Shown here piece by piece: positions 30,348-40,526 of a stretch of DNA of 64,000 bases. Where the stretch lies: contig CAWGVS010000002.1 of assembly GCA_963826115.1 (NCBI GenBank), positions 96,001 through 160,000 on the forward strand, written 5' to 3'. Each line of letters begins with the position of its first letter. The stretch's first letter is position 1. Origin of the DNA: an uncultured Candidatus Rokubacteria bacterium (GTDB lineage Bacteria; Methylomirabilota; Methylomirabilia; Rokubacteriales; DASRDR01). The translations under genes were made by a program, and so were the position numbers. Below the pieces are notes generated by a model. The model ran no database searches. It was given only the letters and a program-made list of their open reading frames with translations, and was not told the DNA's origin.

Positions 30348-31284
30348 AGCGGATCCGCGGGTCGAGGACCGTGTAGAGGAGGTCCACGACGAAGTTCAGC
30401 GTGACGACGATGACAGCGACGAACAGCACCACGCCCTGCACCACCGGCAGGTCCCGCGCGCTGATCGCGCCGAGCGCGAGCCGCCCGAGCCCCGGCAGGT
30501 AGAAGACGCTCTCCAGCACGATGCTCCCGGTCAGGAGCTGCCCGAGCTGGAGCCCGGCGATCGTCACGATCGTCAAGAGCGCGTTCCGCACGACGTGCTT
30601 CCAGGTCACGGTGCCCTCGCCGAGGCCCTTGGCGCGCGCCGTCCGCACGTGATCGGCCCGCAGGACCTCGAGCACGGCGGCTCGCGTCGTGCGCGTCAGG
30701 ATGGCCGCCTGGACCACGCCGAGCGCGAAGGCCGGCAGGAGCAGCGCCCGGATGCCGGGCCAGAGGCCCGCGCCCCAGCCGTCGAACCCGCCGGCCTGGA
30801 CCCACCCCAGGCGGACCGCGAAGAGAAGGATCAGGAGGAGCCCGGCCCAGAACGACGGGATCGCGATGCCCAGCTGCGAGACGAGCATCGCGAGGTAGTC
30901 GCCCACCCGCCCCTGCCGCGTCGCCGCGTAGACGCCGAGCGGCACTGCCGTCAGGAGCATGAATCCGGCGGCGAGCAGCGTGAGCGGCAGGGTGACGGCC
31001 AGGCGGCTCAGGACGAGGCGTCCGACGCCCACGTCGTACTGGATGGAGCGCCCGAGGTCGCCGGTCAGCGCGCTCCCGAGCCACTCGACGTACTGGACCA
31101 GGATGGGCCGGTCGAGTCCCATCGCGCGGCGGAGCGCCGCGGCCGCCTCGGGGCTTCCCTCGGTGCCCATGATGAGGAGCGCGGGGTCGCCGGGGAGCAC
31201 GCGGACCACGGTGAAGACCAGGAGCGAGACGACGAAGAGCGTCGCCGCAAAGGCCACCGCGCGGCGGAGGATCAGCCGGCGCAT
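30340..31284 (-). CDS. Peptide/nickel ABC transporter permease (DppB-like)
   Basis: LPGDPA, GDLGRS, VRTARAKG, ESVF.LPGLG, LDPRI. Confidence 0.93.
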   Translation of the reverse strand: MRRLILRRAVAFAATLFVVSLLVFTVVRVLPGDPALLIMGTEGSPEAAAALRRAMGLDRPILVQYVEWLGSALTGDLGRSIQYDVGVGRLVLSRLAVTLPLTLLAAGFMLLTAVPLGVYAATRQGRVGDYLAMLVSQLGIAIPSFWAGLLLILLFAVRLGWVQAGGFDGWGAGLWPGIRALLLPAFALGVVQAAILTRTTRAAVLEVLRADHVRTARAKGLGEGTVTWKHVVRNALLTIVTIAGLQLGQLLTGSIVLESVFYLPGLGRLALGAISARDLPVVQGVVLFVAVIVVTLNFVVDLLYTVLDPRIRYE

Positions 31285-31369
31285 GCGTGGGCGGCCCCGC
31301 GAGACGGTGCCGCCCCGAGGCGGGCCCCGGGGCGGACGGTGACGCGGGACGCCACGGCGGCGCGCGCCG

Positions 31370-32893
31370 CTACTTCGCCCAGCCGACCTCCGACAGATCC
31401 ATGGCGGGCGTCGGCAGGTCCTTCCAGATGCCCTGGACGCCCTTCTTCGCCGCCACCAGGCGCGGGTAGGCGTAGAGCCAGACGACCGGGGCCTCGTCGG
31501 CCATGATCTTCTGGAGCTGCGCGTAGAGCTCGCGACGCTTCTTGTCGTCGAGCGTCGTCTCGGACTCCTGGAACACCGCCTGGAAGCGCGGGCTGTCGTA
31601 CCGGTAGTAGTACTTCGGGTTGGCGTAGTTCCCGGCATCCCACGCCTCGGCGTGCCCGATGATCGTCATGTCGTAGTCGGCGTTCTTGTAGACGCGCTCG
31701 AGCCACTGCCCCCACTCGATCTGCTCGAGCTTCACCTTGATGCCGATCTTCCCGAGCTGCTCGACGAGCACCTCGCCGGTCCGCACCGTGTACGGGTACT
31801 GCGGTGTGACGCGCAGCACCGCCTCGAAGCCGTTCGGGTAGCCCGCCTCGGCGAGGAGCTGCTTGGCCCGGGCGAGGTCGTACGGGACCGCCTTGGACAT
31901 GTCGACGAAGTACGGGTTGAGCGGGTCGACGTTGGAGCCGAGCACCCGCCCCAAGCCGAACATCGCCCCCTTCACCACCTCCGGCTTGTCGATGGCGTGC
32001 GTGATCGCGCGCCGGACCCGGACGTCGGAGAACGGCTTCTTCGCGTTGTTGAGGGCCAGGATGACGTCGTTCGTCGTCTCGCCCTGGATGAGCTGGAGGC
32101 TCGGCGCGCGACGGACCACCTCGACCGACTCGGGGCCGAGCCCGAACGCCATCACGTCGATGTCGCCGGCCTGGAGCGCGGCGAGCGCGGCGTTGGCGTC
32201 GGGGATGAACCGGAACGTGACGCGCTCGAGCTTGGGCAGGCCCTTCACGTGATACTCGGGATTGCGCTTGAGCACGATCCGATCGCCGCGGTCCCACCGG
32301 TCGAGCATGAACGGCCCGGTCCCGACGGGCTGCGACTTCTGCTGGTCCACCGCCTCACGCGGGTAGATCACCGAGCCCTGGCGCGCCAGGTTGTAGAGGA
32401 ACATGGCGTTGGGGCGCTTCAGCGCGATCGTCACCGTGTGGGGGTCCCGCACGTGGATCGTCGCGATGTCCTCGTACTGCCTGGCGTGCGGATGCTTGGT
32501 CTCGGGATTCCGGGCGCGGTCGAGAACGAACTTCACGTCCTCGGCGGTGAGCTCGCGACCGTTGTGGAAGCGCACGCCCTTCTTCAGGAAGAAGGTGTAG
32601 TTCAGGTTGTCGGTCGTGTGCCAGCGCTCGGCGAGCCAGGGCACCAGGTGTCCCTGGGCATCGACCTTCACCAGCGCTTCCTGGATGTTGTAGAAGACGA
32701 TCGTCGCCGTCGCCGACGCGGGGGTCGCGGTCAGGTCGAGCCCGGGCGGCTCCGCGGTGGTCTGGACCGCCAGCGTGGTCGGCTGGGCCCACACCGCGGG
32801 CGGCCCGGCACGGCCGGCGATGCCGAGCCCGAGGCCGACGGCCAGGACCGTGGCTGCTCCCCGACGCCATCCCCCCCGAAGCCATCCGGTCAT
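31370..32893 (-). CDS. Peptide/nickel ABC transporter substrate-binding protein (family 5)
   Basis: PWLAERW, GVRFHNG, PVGTGPF, DVRVRRAI; signal peptide. Confidence 0.93.
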   Translation of the reverse strand: MTGWLRGGWRRGAATVLAVGLGLGIAGRAGPPAVWAQPTTLAVQTTAEPPGLDLTATPASATATIVFYNIQEALVKVDAQGHLVPWLAERWHTTDNLNYTFFLKKGVRFHNGRELTAEDVKFVLDRARNPETKHPHARQYEDIATIHVRDPHTVTIALKRPNAMFLYNLARQGSVIYPREAVDQQKSQPVGTGPFMLDRWDRGDRIVLKRNPEYHVKGLPKLERVTFRFIPDANAALAALQAGDIDVMAFGLGPESVEVVRRAPSLQLIQGETTNDVILALNNAKKPFSDVRVRRAITHAIDKPEVVKGAMFGLGRVLGSNVDPLNPYFVDMSKAVPYDLARAKQLLAEAGYPNGFEAVLRVTPQYPYTVRTGEVLVEQLGKIGIKVKLEQIEWGQWLERVYKNADYDMTIIGHAEAWDAGNYANPKYYYRYDSPRFQAVFQESETTLDDKKRRELYAQLQKIMADEAPVVWLYAYPRLVAAKKGVQGIWKDLPTPAMDLSEVGWAK

Positions 32894-32997
32894 GATCGTG
32901 CCTCCACCGACGGCGGGATAGGAACCGCGCTCACTATACCCGATGGCTGGAAGGGCGCTCAAGTCGCGGGCGCGCTCGTGTCATCATGGGCCCCGCA

Positions 32998-33456
32998 ATG
33001 CGCCGGGCCGTGCTCGTCCTCCTCGCGATCGCCTTGGTCCTGGCCGCGATCGCGATCGCGCTCCGCCACGATCCCACCGGCGGCCGGCCCGCGCCGCCGC
33101 CGGGGTCCGGCTCCCTCGCCGGCGCGCCCGCCGCCCCGCCCCCGGCCGCGACGACCCCGGGGGCGCGCGCCGGCCCGGGCGACGCCGTCCGCCCGGCCCC
33201 CGCGACCCTCGACCGGGCTCGAGAGGTCCTGGCCGCGATCGAGGTGCGCGGCGGCGAGCCGCTGGCCGGCTACGTCGGCGGCCGGACCTTCCAGAACCGC
33301 GAGCGACGGCTTCCGCCGGGCCGCTACCGCGAGTACGACCTTTATCCGAAGGTCCCCGGGCAGGACCGCGGTCCGGAGCGCCTCCTCGTCGAGCGCGCCT
33401 CCGGCCGCGCCTACTACACGGGCGACCACTACCGCACCTTCGTGCCGCTGAACTGA
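32998..33456 (+). CDS. Secreted/anchored barnase/RNase Sa-like guanyl-specific ribonuclease
   Basis: Signal/TM; FQNRERRLP, YREYD, RGPERL, YYTGDHYRTF (catalytic Glu/His). Confidence 0.88.
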   Translation: MRRAVLVLLAIALVLAAIAIALRHDPTGGRPAPPPGSGSLAGAPAAPPPAATTPGARAGPGDAVRPAPATLDRAREVLAAIEVRGGEPLAGYVGGRTFQNRERRLPPGRYREYDLYPKVPGQDRGPERLLVERASGRAYYTGDHYRTFVPLN

Positions 33457-33467
33457 CGGAGCCCCCT

Positions 33468-33953
33468 GTGAGCGCGTCTCCCCTCGCCGACCGCCTCTCG
33501 GCCCCCGCAGCCCCCTGGGTGCATCTCCTGGTGATCGACGACCCGGGGCCCAATCGGCGATTCGACCCGCCCGACGACTTCACGATCGCCATCCTCGACG
33601 GTCGCCGGTGCCAGACGAAGTCCGCCCTCCTCGAGGAGCTGGCGCGGGTGTTCGAGTTCCCGCCGCACTTCGGGCGGACCTGGGACGCGCTCGAGGATTG
33701 CCTCACGGATCTCACCTGGCGATCGGGCGCCGGCTACTGGCTGTTCATCTACGCGGTCGACCGGCTGCTGGCGGATGATCCGCCGAGCTACGACACGTTC
33801 CTCACCCTCCTCGCGGACGTGGGGCGCACCTGGGGCACGGGCGCGACGGGCCATCCCGGGCGCGGCCCGGTGCCGTTCCACACGGTCCTCCTGGTTTTCC
33901 GGCGTCACCTCGGCGAGCGGGTGGACTGGCGCGCCGAGCGTCCCGACGACTGA
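33468..33953 (+). CDS. Barstar-family inhibitor
   Basis: LDGRRC...FEFPPHFGRTWDALEDCLTDL; directly after the RNase. Confidence 0.88.
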   Translation: MSASPLADRLSAPAAPWVHLLVIDDPGPNRRFDPPDDFTIAILDGRRCQTKSALLEELARVFEFPPHFGRTWDALEDCLTDLTWRSGAGYWLFIYAVDRLLADDPPSYDTFLTLLADVGRTWGTGATGHPGRGPVPFHTVLLVFRRHLGERVDWRAERPDD

Positions 33954-34044
33954 CGTGCGCTCGTGCGCCGACGCGGCGGATGACCGGCGCCGCCACGACG
34001 ACGCTTGACAATCGACGCCTCGACGACCCACGCTGAGGGCGTCC

Positions 34045-36612
34045 ATGGCGTCCCGCGCGCGCCCACCCGCCCGGGCCAAATCGAGCGGGGCCCCCAGCCC
34101 CGCTCCCGCGGAGCGCACCCCGGTGACATCCGCGCCCGCCACCCCGTCCGACTTCGAGAAGCTCGGTGTGTTCTACCTGGGCCGCCCGTACGACCTCGGA
34201 ACGAAGCAGCCGGGATCCGGCCTGCTCCTCTACGACTCGAAGGACCTCGTCACCCACGCGGTGTGCATCGGGATGACGGGCAGCGGCAAGACGGGCCTCT
34301 GCCTCGCGCTCATCGAAGAGGCGCTCCTCGACGGCATCCCTGTCCTCCTCATCGACCCGAAGGGCGACCTCGCGAACCTCTGCCTCACGTTCCCCGAGCT
34401 CCGTCCGGAGGACTTCAAGCCGTGGGTCAACGAGGACGACGCGCGCCGGAAGGGGCTCGCCGTCGACGCGTACGCGGCGCAGCAGGCCGAGCTCTGGCGG
34501 AAGGGGCTGGCGGCGTGGGGCGAGGACGGCGCCCGGATCCGGCGGCTCCGCGACGCGGCCGACGTCGCCGTCTACACGCCGGGCAGCACCGCGGGCCTCC
34601 CGGTCTCCATCGTCAAGTCGTTCGCGGCCCCCGCCGCCGGCGTCCGCGACGACGCCGAGCTCTTCCGGGACCGGATCGCGACGACCGCGACCAGTCTCCT
34701 CGGCCTTCTCGGGATCGAGGCGGACCCGCTCCAGAGCCGGGAGCACATCCTCCTGTCGAAGCTCTTCGAGGCGGCGTGGCAGGGTGGCCGCGACCTCGAC
34801 CTCCCGGCCCTGATCCAACAGATCCAGACGCCGCCGATCAGCCGCGTCGGTGCCATGAACCTCGACGCCTTCTTCCCGGCGAAGGAGCGCTTCGAGCTGG
34901 CGACCCGGCTCAACAACCTCCTGGCGGCGCCGGGCTTCGACGCCTGGCTCGAGGGCGAGCCCCTCGACGTGGGCGCGCTCCTCCACACGCGCGAGGGGAA
35001 GCCCCGGGCGGCCATCTTCTCGATCGCCCACCTGTCGGACGCCGAGCGGATGTTCTTCGTCTCGCTCCTCCTGAACGAGATGCTCGGGTGGGTGCGGGCC
35101 CAGTCCGGGACGACGAGCCTCCGGGCGATGCTCTACATGGACGAGGTGTTCGGCTACTTCCCGCCGGTCGCGAACCCGCCCTCGAAGCTCCCGCTCCTGA
35201 CGCTCCTCAAGCAGGCGCGGGCCTTCGGCGTGGGGGTCGTCCTCGCGACGCAGAATCCGGTGGACCTCGACTACAAGGGTCTCGCCAACACCGGGACCTG
35301 GTTCATCGGCCGGCTCCAGACCGAGCGCGACCGCGCGCGCGTGCTCGACGGGCTCGAGGGCGTGGCCGCCGGGAGCGACAAGCGCTTCGACCGCGCGGCG
35401 ATGGAGCGGATCCTGGGCGGGCTCGGCAGCCGCATCTTCCTGCTGAACAACGTCCACGAGGACGCGCCCGAGGTGTTCGAGACGCGCTGGGCGATGTCGT
35501 ACCTCCGGGGCCCCCTGACCCGCGCGCAGATCAAGCAGCTCATGGCGGACCGGAAGCCGGCGCCGCCGCGCGCTCCGGCTCCCGCCGCCGCGCGAGCCGC
35601 TGCGCCCGCCGCCGGGGACGCCACGACCCCCGCCCCGCCAGCTGCATCGGCGGCGGCGCGGGGCGGCACGCGTCCGGTCCTCCCGCCCGGCGTGGCCCAG
35701 CACTTCGTGCCGGTCCGCGGCAGCACGCCCGCCGGCGCCACGCTCGTCTACCAGCCCATGGCGCTGGGCGCCGCGACCATCCGGTTCGCGGACGCGAAGA
35801 CCGGTGTCGACCAGACCGACGAGGTCCTGGTCGCGACGCCCATCACGGACGCGGCGGTGCCCGTGACGTGGGAGGGCGCGACGACCCTCGATGTCGCCGT
35901 CGCCGACCTCGAGACGGACCCCGGCGCCGCGGGAGACTGGATGTCCCTCCCGGCGGCCGCCGCGAAGCCCAAGAGCTACGAGGGCTGGAGCCGCGACCTC
36001 GCGGCGTGGCTCTACGGGCAGCGCCGGCTCGACCTCCTGCGGGACCCGGCCTCGGGCGCGGTCTCGAAGCCCGGCGAGAACGAGCGCGACTTCCGCGTGC
36101 GGATCCGCGAGAGCGCGCGCGCCGATCGGGACGCCCAGGTGGAGGCCCTCCGCAAGAAGTACGCGCCGAAGCGCGCCGCCCTCGAGGAGCGCCTCCGGCG
36201 CGCCCAGCAGGCGGAGTCGCGGGAGAGCGGGCAAGCCACGCAGCGGGGCGTGCAGGCGGCAATCTCCCTCGGCGCCACGATCCTGGGCGCGGTGCTGGGG
36301 CGGAAGACGATCAGCGCCACCAACATTGGGCGCGCCACGACGGCGGCGCGCGATGCCGGGCGCGTCCTGAAGGAGCGCGAGGACGTCACGCGTGCGCAGG
36401 AGACCGTGGGCGCCGTCCAACAGGCGCTGGCTGCACTCGAGACGGAGCTTCAGGGCGAGGTGGCCGCCATCGAGGCGCGGGCGGAGGCGGGGCCGCTCGA
36501 GGCCGTGGCCATCCGCCCGAAGAAGACCGACGTGCGGGTGCGGCTGTGCGCCCTCGGCTGGGCGCCCCACTGGCGCGCCGGCGCCGGCGCCGTGACGCCG
36601 GCCTGGACGTGA
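34045..36612 (+). CDS. HerA/FtsK-like P-loop ATPase (DUF87/DUF853-type)
   Basis: GMTGSGKT Walker A, IDPKGD, YMDEV Walker B, QARAFG, ATQNP; C-terminal coiled coil. Confidence 0.85.
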   Translation: MASRARPPARAKSSGAPSPAPAERTPVTSAPATPSDFEKLGVFYLGRPYDLGTKQPGSGLLLYDSKDLVTHAVCIGMTGSGKTGLCLALIEEALLDGIPVLLIDPKGDLANLCLTFPELRPEDFKPWVNEDDARRKGLAVDAYAAQQAELWRKGLAAWGEDGARIRRLRDAADVAVYTPGSTAGLPVSIVKSFAAPAAGVRDDAELFRDRIATTATSLLGLLGIEADPLQSREHILLSKLFEAAWQGGRDLDLPALIQQIQTPPISRVGAMNLDAFFPAKERFELATRLNNLLAAPGFDAWLEGEPLDVGALLHTREGKPRAAIFSIAHLSDAERMFFVSLLLNEMLGWVRAQSGTTSLRAMLYMDEVFGYFPPVANPPSKLPLLTLLKQARAFGVGVVLATQNPVDLDYKGLANTGTWFIGRLQTERDRARVLDGLEGVAAGSDKRFDRAAMERILGGLGSRIFLLNNVHEDAPEVFETRWAMSYLRGPLTRAQIKQLMADRKPAPPRAPAPAAARAAAPAAGDATTPAPPAASAAARGGTRPVLPPGVAQHFVPVRGSTPAGATLVYQPMALGAATIRFADAKTGVDQTDEVLVATPITDAAVPVTWEGATTLDVAVADLETDPGAAGDWMSLPAAAAKPKSYEGWSRDLAAWLYGQRRLDLLRDPASGAVSKPGENERDFRVRIRESARADRDAQVEALRKKYAPKRAALEERLRRAQQAESRESGQATQRGVQAAISLGATILGAVLGRKTISATNIGRATTAARDAGRVLKEREDVTRAQETVGAVQQALAALETELQGEVAAIEARAEAGPLEAVAIRPKKTDVRVRLCALGWAPHWRAGAGAVTPAWT

Positions 36613-36707
36613 GCGTCGTCCCGATCCACTTGCCGGCCGGCCGGCGCCCACCCGTGCATCCCTGTTCGGAGAGGGCGGCATCGCCGCCCCGAAAGGAGCA
36701 GCATCCC

Positions 36708-36974
36708 ATGCGGAACCGCTTCCTGATGGCCGCGCTCGCCATCCTCGTGGTCGTGGGGCTGGCCGCGACGCTCTCGATGGCCGCCGGGCCCAAGCAGTAT
36801 CAGTGGACGGGTACCGTCACCGATGTCGATGCGAAGACGAAGACCATGGTGGTCGACAAGGGCGGTGAGACCTGGGAGTTCTCCACCGAGGGCATGAAGG
36901 ACCTCAAGGTGAAGAAGGGCGACAAGGTCACGGTCTACTACGTGGCCATCGCCAAGAAGATCGAGGCCAAGTAG
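36708..36974 (+). CDS. Small secreted beta-barrel (OB-fold-like) protein
   Basis: AAGGAG RBS; signal peptide; TGTVTDVD...[13 protein letters not shown]. Confidence 0.75.
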   Translation: MRNRFLMAALAILVVVGLAATLSMAAGPKQYQWTGTVTDVDAKTKTMVVDKGGETWEFSTEGMKDLKVKKGDKVTVYYVAIAKKIEAK

Positions 36975-36991
36975 CGCACTCCCGGCGCCCG

Positions 36992-37039
36992 CCGCTGGCG
37001 CGCGCGCTCCGGCTCGTCGGGCCGGGCGCGCGCCAGCGG
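36992..37039. terminator. GC-rich hairpin between convergent genes
   Basis: CCGCTGGCGCGCGC (36992-37005) pairs with GCGCGCGCCAGCGG (37026-37039); no U-tract. Confidence 0.4.
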
Positions 37040-37065
37040 GGCGACGCCGCGCTCCTCCGCGTCGT

Positions 37066-38457
37066 CTACCCGCCCACCAGGAACGCGCAGGCCACGGCGC
37101 CTTGCCGCGCCACGTTCACGACGGGCTCGCGGCTCACGCGGACGTGGAGCCCGAGATCTCCGGGCGCGTAGAAGAGTCCGAGCGAAAAGTAGCCGGGGCC
37201 CGCGTACGGGCGCCCCCCGCGCAGGTAGACCATGGTCCGTCGTGTGCCGGGCCGGCGGGCCTGGACGACCCAGCGGCCGGGCTCGCGCAGCGCGCGGTCG
37301 ATCCGGGCCCCCCAGCGGGCCGGCCCCGCCTCCCGTCCGAGAAGCACGCCGGCACCGCTCGACCCCACGTTGGGCTTGATCAGGAGCCGCACCCGCGCCC
37401 GGCGCGCGAACTCCGGAAGGTCCACCCGGCGACCGGCGGGATCCTCCGTCGCGCGCGCGGCGAGGACGCGCGTCCACGGCACCGTCCGGCGCAGGAACCG
37501 CCGCTCGGCCGGTGTGAAGAGCGACGCGAGCTCCGGACGCCCCAGGCACTCGAGGAGCCCCTTCTGGCTGAACTCGCCCGAGACACCCGGCAGGATCGCC
37601 CCGGCGTCGAAGCGGTCGAGGAACGCGGCGAGCCGCCGGTCGGCGGGGCTGCCGGCGTCCTCGAAGGCGAGGTCGCGGTACACGACGTCGGCGGCCACGT
37701 CGCCGAGCCGGACGCCGGTCCGCGTCCGGCGAAGCGCCGACGGCGGGCCCTGCGCCGCGGGAATGCCGGCCGCGCGGAACGCCGCAACGAGCCGCGGGAC
37801 CTCGCTGTAGCCGTCGACGGGCAGCGCGTCCTCGACGAAGGCGACGCCGCGGAGACGCCGCCGCCCGAGGCGTCGCGCGGCAGCCCGGACCCAGCGCACC
37901 ACGAGGGCGAGGAGATCCGGCGGGTCGGCGAGACGGCGCGCCTCGGCGGCGGCGTACACGCGCGGGAAGACCTCGGCGCGCAGGATGCGGACGCCCGCCG
38001 CGTGATTGTAGAGCCCGGCGAGCCCCGTGGCGTTCGTCTCGAAGAGCACGGGCGCGAGCGTCCCGTCCGCGCGCCGCTCGAGGCCGACGTCGGGCCGGAT
38101 CATGAGCTGCCACGGCGCCGGCACGCGCGCCGGATCGCGAGCCACCCAGGCCGCGGTCGCCTCGCTGATCGGGCACAGCCGGCGGAACTCGCCCGCGTCG
38201 GCGCGCCAGAGCGCGGGGGCATGGGCCTGGACGCGGTGCACGAGCGCGGCGAGCCTCCCGAGGTCCGGCAGCGTGCGGCGCGTCACCACGAATGGCGTGA
38301 GGGCGATCGGATGCGGGATCGCAGGCGCGCCGGCGCGGTAGCGATGGAAGAGCGCGGCCGCCGACTCGGCGGCCTCCACCGCGCGGAAAAGCTCCCGCCG
38401 TCGCCCGGGGGCGAGACGGGCGATCCGCGTGGTGGCCAGCTGATCCAGCGCCGTCAC
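37066..38457 (-). CDS. Circularly permuted ATP-grasp / glutathionylspermidine-synthase-like ligase
   Basis: [43 protein letters not shown]. Confidence 0.7.
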   Translation of the reverse strand: MTALDQLATTRIARLAPGRRRELFRAVEAAESAAALFHRYRAGAPAIPHPIALTPFVVTRRTLPDLGRLAALVHRVQAHAPALWRADAGEFRRLCPISEATAAWVARDPARVPAPWQLMIRPDVGLERRADGTLAPVLFETNATGLAGLYNHAAGVRILRAEVFPRVYAAAEARRLADPPDLLALVVRWVRAAARRLGRRRLRGVAFVEDALPVDGYSEVPRLVAAFRAAGIPAAQGPPSALRRTRTGVRLGDVAADVVYRDLAFEDAGSPADRRLAAFLDRFDAGAILPGVSGEFSQKGLLECLGRPELASLFTPAERRFLRRTVPWTRVLAARATEDPAGRRVDLPEFARRARVRLLIKPNVGSSGAGVLLGREAGPARWGARIDRALREPGRWVVQARRPGTRRTMVYLRGGRPYAGPGYFSLGLFYAPGDLGLHVRVSREPVVNVARQGAVACAFLVGG

Positions 38458-38478
38458 GGCTCGCGTATTATAGAACTC

Positions 38479-39717
38479 GTGCCCGACCCAGGCAGCCCAC
38501 CGGCAGCGGGGCACGAGCAGGTCCTCGTCGACGCCCTCGCGCGGCTCCGAGCCGAAGGCCGCTACCGCGTCTTCGCCGACCTCGAGCGCCACTGCGGACG
38601 CTTCCCGTCCGCCACGTGGCACGGTCCCGACGGCCCGGTCGAGGTCACGGTCTGGTGCTCGAATGACTACCTCGGCATGGGCCAGCACCCGGTGGTGCTG
38701 AAGGCCATGGCCGACGCGCTCGACCACGTCGGCGCGGGCGCGGGCGGCACGCGGAACATCGCGGGGACCTCGCACGCCCACGTCCTCCTCGAGCGGGAGC
38801 TGGCGGAGCTCCACGGCAAGCCGGCGGCCCTCCTCTTCAGCTCCGGCTACGCTGCCAACGAGGCGGCCATCAGCACGATCGCGCGCCTGCTCCCCGGGTG
38901 CGTGATCCTGTCGGACGAGAAGAACCACGCCTCGATGATCGAGGGCATCCGCCGGAGCGGCGCCGAGAAGCGGATCTTCCGCCACAACGATCCCGAGGAC
39001 CTCGCGCGCCACCTGGCGGCCGCGGGCGCCGGCGCGGGCCGGCCGGCGCTCGTCTGCTTCGAGTCGGTCTACTCGATGGACGGCGACATCGCGCCCCTCC
39101 GGGAGCTCTGCGGCGTGGCCGAGCGCTACGGCGCCCTCACCTACCTCGACGAGGTCCACGCGGTGGGCCTCTACGGGGACCGCGGGGCGGGCGTCGCGGA
39201 GCGCGATGGCGTGCTCGACCGGCTGAGCGTCATCCAGGGGACGCTCGCCAAGGCCTTCGGCGTCGTGGGCGGGTACATCGCCGGCTCGGCCGCGGTCGTG
39301 GACGCCGTGCGGAGCTTCGCGCCGGGCTTCATCTTCACGACCGCCATGCCGCCGGTCGTGGCGGCCGGCGCGCTCGCGAGCGTCCGGCATCTCAAGGCCA
39401 GCCGCGCCGAGCGCGAGCGGCACCAGGAGCGCGCCGCACGGCTGAAGCGTCTCCTCGCCGCGGCGGGGCTGCCCCTGATGCCGACGCCCAGCCACATCGT
39501 GCCGGTCCTCGTCGGCGACGCCGCCCTCTGCAAGCGCGCCTCGGACGAGCTGCTCGAGCGGCACCGGATCTACGTCCAGCCCATCAACTACCCCACGGTG
39601 CCCCGCGGGACCGAGCGGCTCAGGCTCACGCCGAGCCCTCTGCACGACGACGCGACGATGGATCGCCTCGTCGCCGCGCTCCGAGAGGTCTGGCCCCGCC
39701 TCGGGCTTCAGCGATGA
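38479..39717 (+). CDS. hemA: 5-aminolevulinate synthase (Shemin/C4 pathway)
   Basis: [74 protein letters not shown]. Confidence 0.93.
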   Translation: MPDPGSPPAAGHEQVLVDALARLRAEGRYRVFADLERHCGRFPSATWHGPDGPVEVTVWCSNDYLGMGQHPVVLKAMADALDHVGAGAGGTRNIAGTSHAHVLLERELAELHGKPAALLFSSGYAANEAAISTIARLLPGCVILSDEKNHASMIEGIRRSGAEKRIFRHNDPEDLARHLAAAGAGAGRPALVCFESVYSMDGDIAPLRELCGVAERYGALTYLDEVHAVGLYGDRGAGVAERDGVLDRLSVIQGTLAKAFGVVGGYIAGSAAVVDAVRSFAPGFIFTTAMPPVVAAGALASVRHLKASRAERERHQERAARLKRLLAAAGLPLMPTPSHIVPVLVGDAALCKRASDELLERHRIYVQPINYPTVPRGTERLRLTPSPLHDDATMDRLVAALREVWPRLGLQR

Positions 39718-39724
39718 CCCGCCC

Positions 39725-40477
39725 GTGACCGTCGATCCGTTCTTCAACGACCGGGCGACGATCGGCGTCTTCGAGCGGTCGTTCTACGCCGGCCGCGAGG
39801 CCGCCGAGGAGGTCGACGCCATCCTCGAGTGGGCGCCCCGCCCTCGTCGCGTCCTCGACATCGGGTGCAACGCCGGCCTCCACGCGCTCGAGTGGGCCCG
39901 GCGGGGCGTCGAGACCGTGGGAATCGACTCGGCGCCGGTGGCCATCGCCCTCGCGCGCCAGCGCGCCGGCGGCGATCCGCAGCTCCGCTTCGAGGTGGGG
40001 GACCTCGCCGACCCGGACCTCGGCCGGCTCGGACGCTTCGACCTGGTGACCGTCCTCGGCGGCGTGTTCAACTGCATCCCACGCTCCGCCCTCGTCCCGG
40101 CCTTCCGCGCGATCCGCGCGATCCTCGAGCCGGAGGGGGACCTCGTCTTCGACGTGCTCCGCTGGCGGGACACGCCGCGGACGGTCTTCCTCCGCCGCGA
40201 CGCGCAGGGCGCGCTCCGGATCGTGTGGGAGTTCACGCTGGACCCCGTCGAGGGACGGGGGCACGTGGTCGGCCAGTTCCTCGAGACCGGCGCCGTCCAG
40301 GACTCCTGGCGCAACTTCTACACCGCGCCCGAGATCGCGACGCTCCTCGAGCTCGCCGGGCTCGAGCCCCGTGCCGTCGCGGGCGACCTCGCCCTGGCGG
40401 TCCCCGCGCGCGAGGCCGAGCCGAGCTTCTTCTTCCGCGCGCGGCTCCGCCCGCCGGCGGGCGCGGTGGTAGAGTAG
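39725..40477 (+). CDS. Class I SAM-dependent methyltransferase
   Basis: VLDIGCNAG motif I; GIDSA; FDLV. Confidence 0.88.
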   Translation: MTVDPFFNDRATIGVFERSFYAGREAAEEVDAILEWAPRPRRVLDIGCNAGLHALEWARRGVETVGIDSAPVAIALARQRAGGDPQLRFEVGDLADPDLGRLGRFDLVTVLGGVFNCIPRSALVPAFRAIRAILEPEGDLVFDVLRWRDTPRTVFLRRDAQGALRIVWEFTLDPVEGRGHVVGQFLETGAVQDSWRNFYTAPEIATLLELAGLEPRAVAGDLALAVPAREAEPSFFFRARLRPPAGAVVE

Positions 40478-40526
40478 CCGGCGCCATGGCGATCCCGCCC
40501 TTCGCATCGGGGGGCGCGCCGCGCCG

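Noticed and set aside
38479-39717. Cyclising ALAS / C5N (manumycin-type) cluster
   Set aside because: Thr rather than Ser in GGTRNI; no acyl-CoA ligase, amide synthetase or PKS nearby
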